In this document: positions 61,834 to 64,000 of the stretch, piece by piece
How positions within the stretch are numbered: the stretch's first letter is position 1
Layout: every line of letters starts with the position of its first letter
Assembly (NCBI GenBank): GCA_964270895.1
Contig: OZ185443.1
Length of the DNA stretch: 64,000 nt
DNA from: Podarcis filfolensis
Lineage: Eukaryota
Reading direction: 5' to 3' (one strand)
Translations under genes and position numbers: made by a program
Notes under the pieces: generated by a model
The model's input: only the letters and a program-made list of their open reading frames with translations
Told to the model about the DNA's origin: nothing
Database searches by the model: none

Positions 61834-64000
61834 TTCTAGATGATTGTTGGACTCCAACTTGCATCAGCTCCAGCATGGCCAGTGCTCAGAGATGAAGGGA
61901 ACTGTAATTCAGCAGCAATTAGAGGGCCACAGGTTCCCCAACCCAGGCCAAAAGCAAATCCACACAAAGTAGAGCACTTTGGTGAATGATATCCCAGTAA
62001 AATCCGGGCAAAGTTAGAACTTCAGGCTGTCTGTTGGATCCAGTGTTAGTTCTCTAGGACAGGGAGACAGATGAGGAAGGAGGTCAAGAAGGCTGAGCTC
62101 TAGGGTAGAGTCCATATGAAGAGCCAGACAAGCAGACAAGTCTATAGACCTCACCGCCACCCACTGCCTCCAGAGAAGCATGGAGAGCTGATTTAAGGAA
62201 GCCTCGAGCTGGATTTCACAGAAAACTGTTCTGTTTTGATCAACAGCCTCTGCAGTACAGAGGCAAGGCTCCAGTAGCACCCTGGACAGCTCCTTACAGG
62301 GCATAGGTTGAATCCTCCATATGAGCAGGGCTCAAATGTTGCTTCAGCAACAGTCACCCTTCAGCTGAGCCTGAAATAAGAGCTGGTGTAACTTTTTGTG
62401 AGAGCAACCTCTTCATTTAAATAGGCCTACTTTGATTCCAACAGAGCAGGGAAGACTGTGGTTCCATTAGGGCTTCTGAGCTGGAGTCAGAGGAGCTCAA
62501 CATGACCTTGGGCCAGAGAGGTAGAACTATAGTGGGTTCCTCTTGCACAAGCACCTTCTGGTTTACTGTGTGCAACTTGGACTGGCCCTGGGGGCCGTTC
62601 CTTCTCCCACTGACTCCCTGGCTTCATGCTCCAAAGAAGGGGAGTCTGACCCCAGGGACGTGACAGATACATACTCAAAAAGTCTGAGCAGCTCATCAGG
62701 CTCAGTCTGGTCAACAAGAAAGAGGTGGAGCCAGGAAAATGGAACAATGGAAAGCAGGCACAAAATTAGTGGCACATGTAGCATTATAGAAGAGCCAGAT
62801 TTCTGCATCAGTCAACTGGATCAGATGAACATCAGCAGCACAAAGGCATAGTGGGAGAGCTGTACTGCACCCCACTAACACACACTGGGCACAACTGTCT
62901 CTCATTCAGGGCAAGTCCATGTGTGTCTGTAGTATCTTCATGGGGGCCTGCACACATAAAATCCAGTGTACAGATATTTAAATCACACAGTCATTTCCAA
63001 GATTTTTATGTAGCTAAACAACCACATCCAGGTTGTTAAATGTTGAGTGTTGCATGCATGTAGTCTATATGCAAACATTATGCCCACAGGTGAGAGTTCA
63101 CTTGGCCCAGAGTTAGGTCAGACATTTCCACTGGGTGAAGCAGGAAGCAGGTGTGATCCTCACTGTGTGTAGCCTCCACAACAAACAGAGCTTTGCTTGA
63201 ACTGGGTCAGTGCAATTTGTAACTGCATTCTTTCCTCTCTGTGTTCAATGAAACTACACTATTTACATTTGCTGACGCACTGGAACATTTCCCTTATCTC
63301 TGCAAACAAGAGTTTTGAAGAAAGTGGATTCTTAGGAACAGTGCTACAATTCGGTGTATTGTATTCCTCGTGTAGTAGTTTGTTCAGTATTAGCACTGGC
63401 TCAGAAATACTTGAGGCATTTATCATTGCTATGTCCAGGATTTTGACTCTGTAACACAGAGTGAGGATGTTTACTTCTAATATGACTGGCGGTTTTGGTT
63501 TCCGAGTCCTTGAATCAAGGCTTTGTGTTTCTGAGAAAACAGGGTTCTTAGACATAGAATATCTTCTTGTATAATAGAATAGAATATTGTGTAAATCAGA
63601 ATTGAATTTACTTTTATTTGTTAATAAATAGGATTAACAAATAGGCCTTTAGCCTTTGAATTTATCATTTGAATGTGTAAAAAAAAATGTTAAAAGTGAC
63701 TGAGGTGGGTTTAGGGGCCCTTGGGATGATGGATCACATAAAACAGGCTGAAAATTATTGCTCAAGGGGTCAGGATGTGGGCCTCACTCACGGTTACCAT
63801 CTACAGGAGCCAGCCAAGGACTCTGAAATGTGCAGTATTTGGCCTCTTCCAAGTGCCTTCAGCAATGTAGTTCTCTCTTTTATTGCTTTTTATAACTTCT
63901 GCTGCTAAGAATTTTGCTTACGTTTAATTAAATAAGGTCAGGCAATCCATCCAGTTCCAGTTTTCTTCTCCCCCCCCCACATAAATATTCTGTACAGGTC

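Noticed and set aside
62014-62808. Possible decayed L2 RT region on the minus strand
   Set aside because: Only faint motif echoes (LVDQTEPDELLRL; IDLSAC), too weak to support without a profile search.
63197-63454. ORF containing EESGFLGTV as a possible next SLC4A4 exon (GVLESFLGTAV)
   Set aside because: The similarity is limited to FLGT. The flanking residues do not match TM2/TM3 (GAIFCLFAGQPL), and there is no suitable acceptor.

Overview
Eukaryotic (vertebrate) genomic DNA, almost certainly from a squamate reptile and probably a lacertid lizard, judged from its repeat content (Sauria/Squam1 SINEs, (CTT)n-tailed CORE SINEs, Bov-B, CR1, L2, hAT and Tc1/pogo MITEs). The window lies inside SLC4A4 (electrogenic Na+/HCO3- cotransporter NBCe1) on the + strand. 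Nine internal coding exons (25247-59394) splice with canonical AG/GT sites into one continuous frame covering the cytosolic N-terminal domain up to just past TM1. The kidney-type NBCe1-A first exon (42 unique residues, ATG 25123) and the alternative 'cassette I' donor (NBCe1-D/E type) are both visible. I found neither the upstream B/C-variant exons nor the exon after ...DNMQ in the window. The rest is intron, densely filled with transposons: a young 5'-truncated CR1 with an 801-codon open frame, two solo LTRs, several nested insertions and two N-gaps. The most novel candidates are (1) a CpG-enriched, in-frame alternative first or poison exon in the intron before the GSPAMTHR exon (43504/43595-43724), (2) a SINE that supplies the branch point and polypyrimidine tract of the TM1 exon, and (3) SINEs with different tRNA heads on one CR1 tail. 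All family names come from recalled consensus features, not database searches. There are no prokaryotic systems, CRISPR arrays or rRNA genes.
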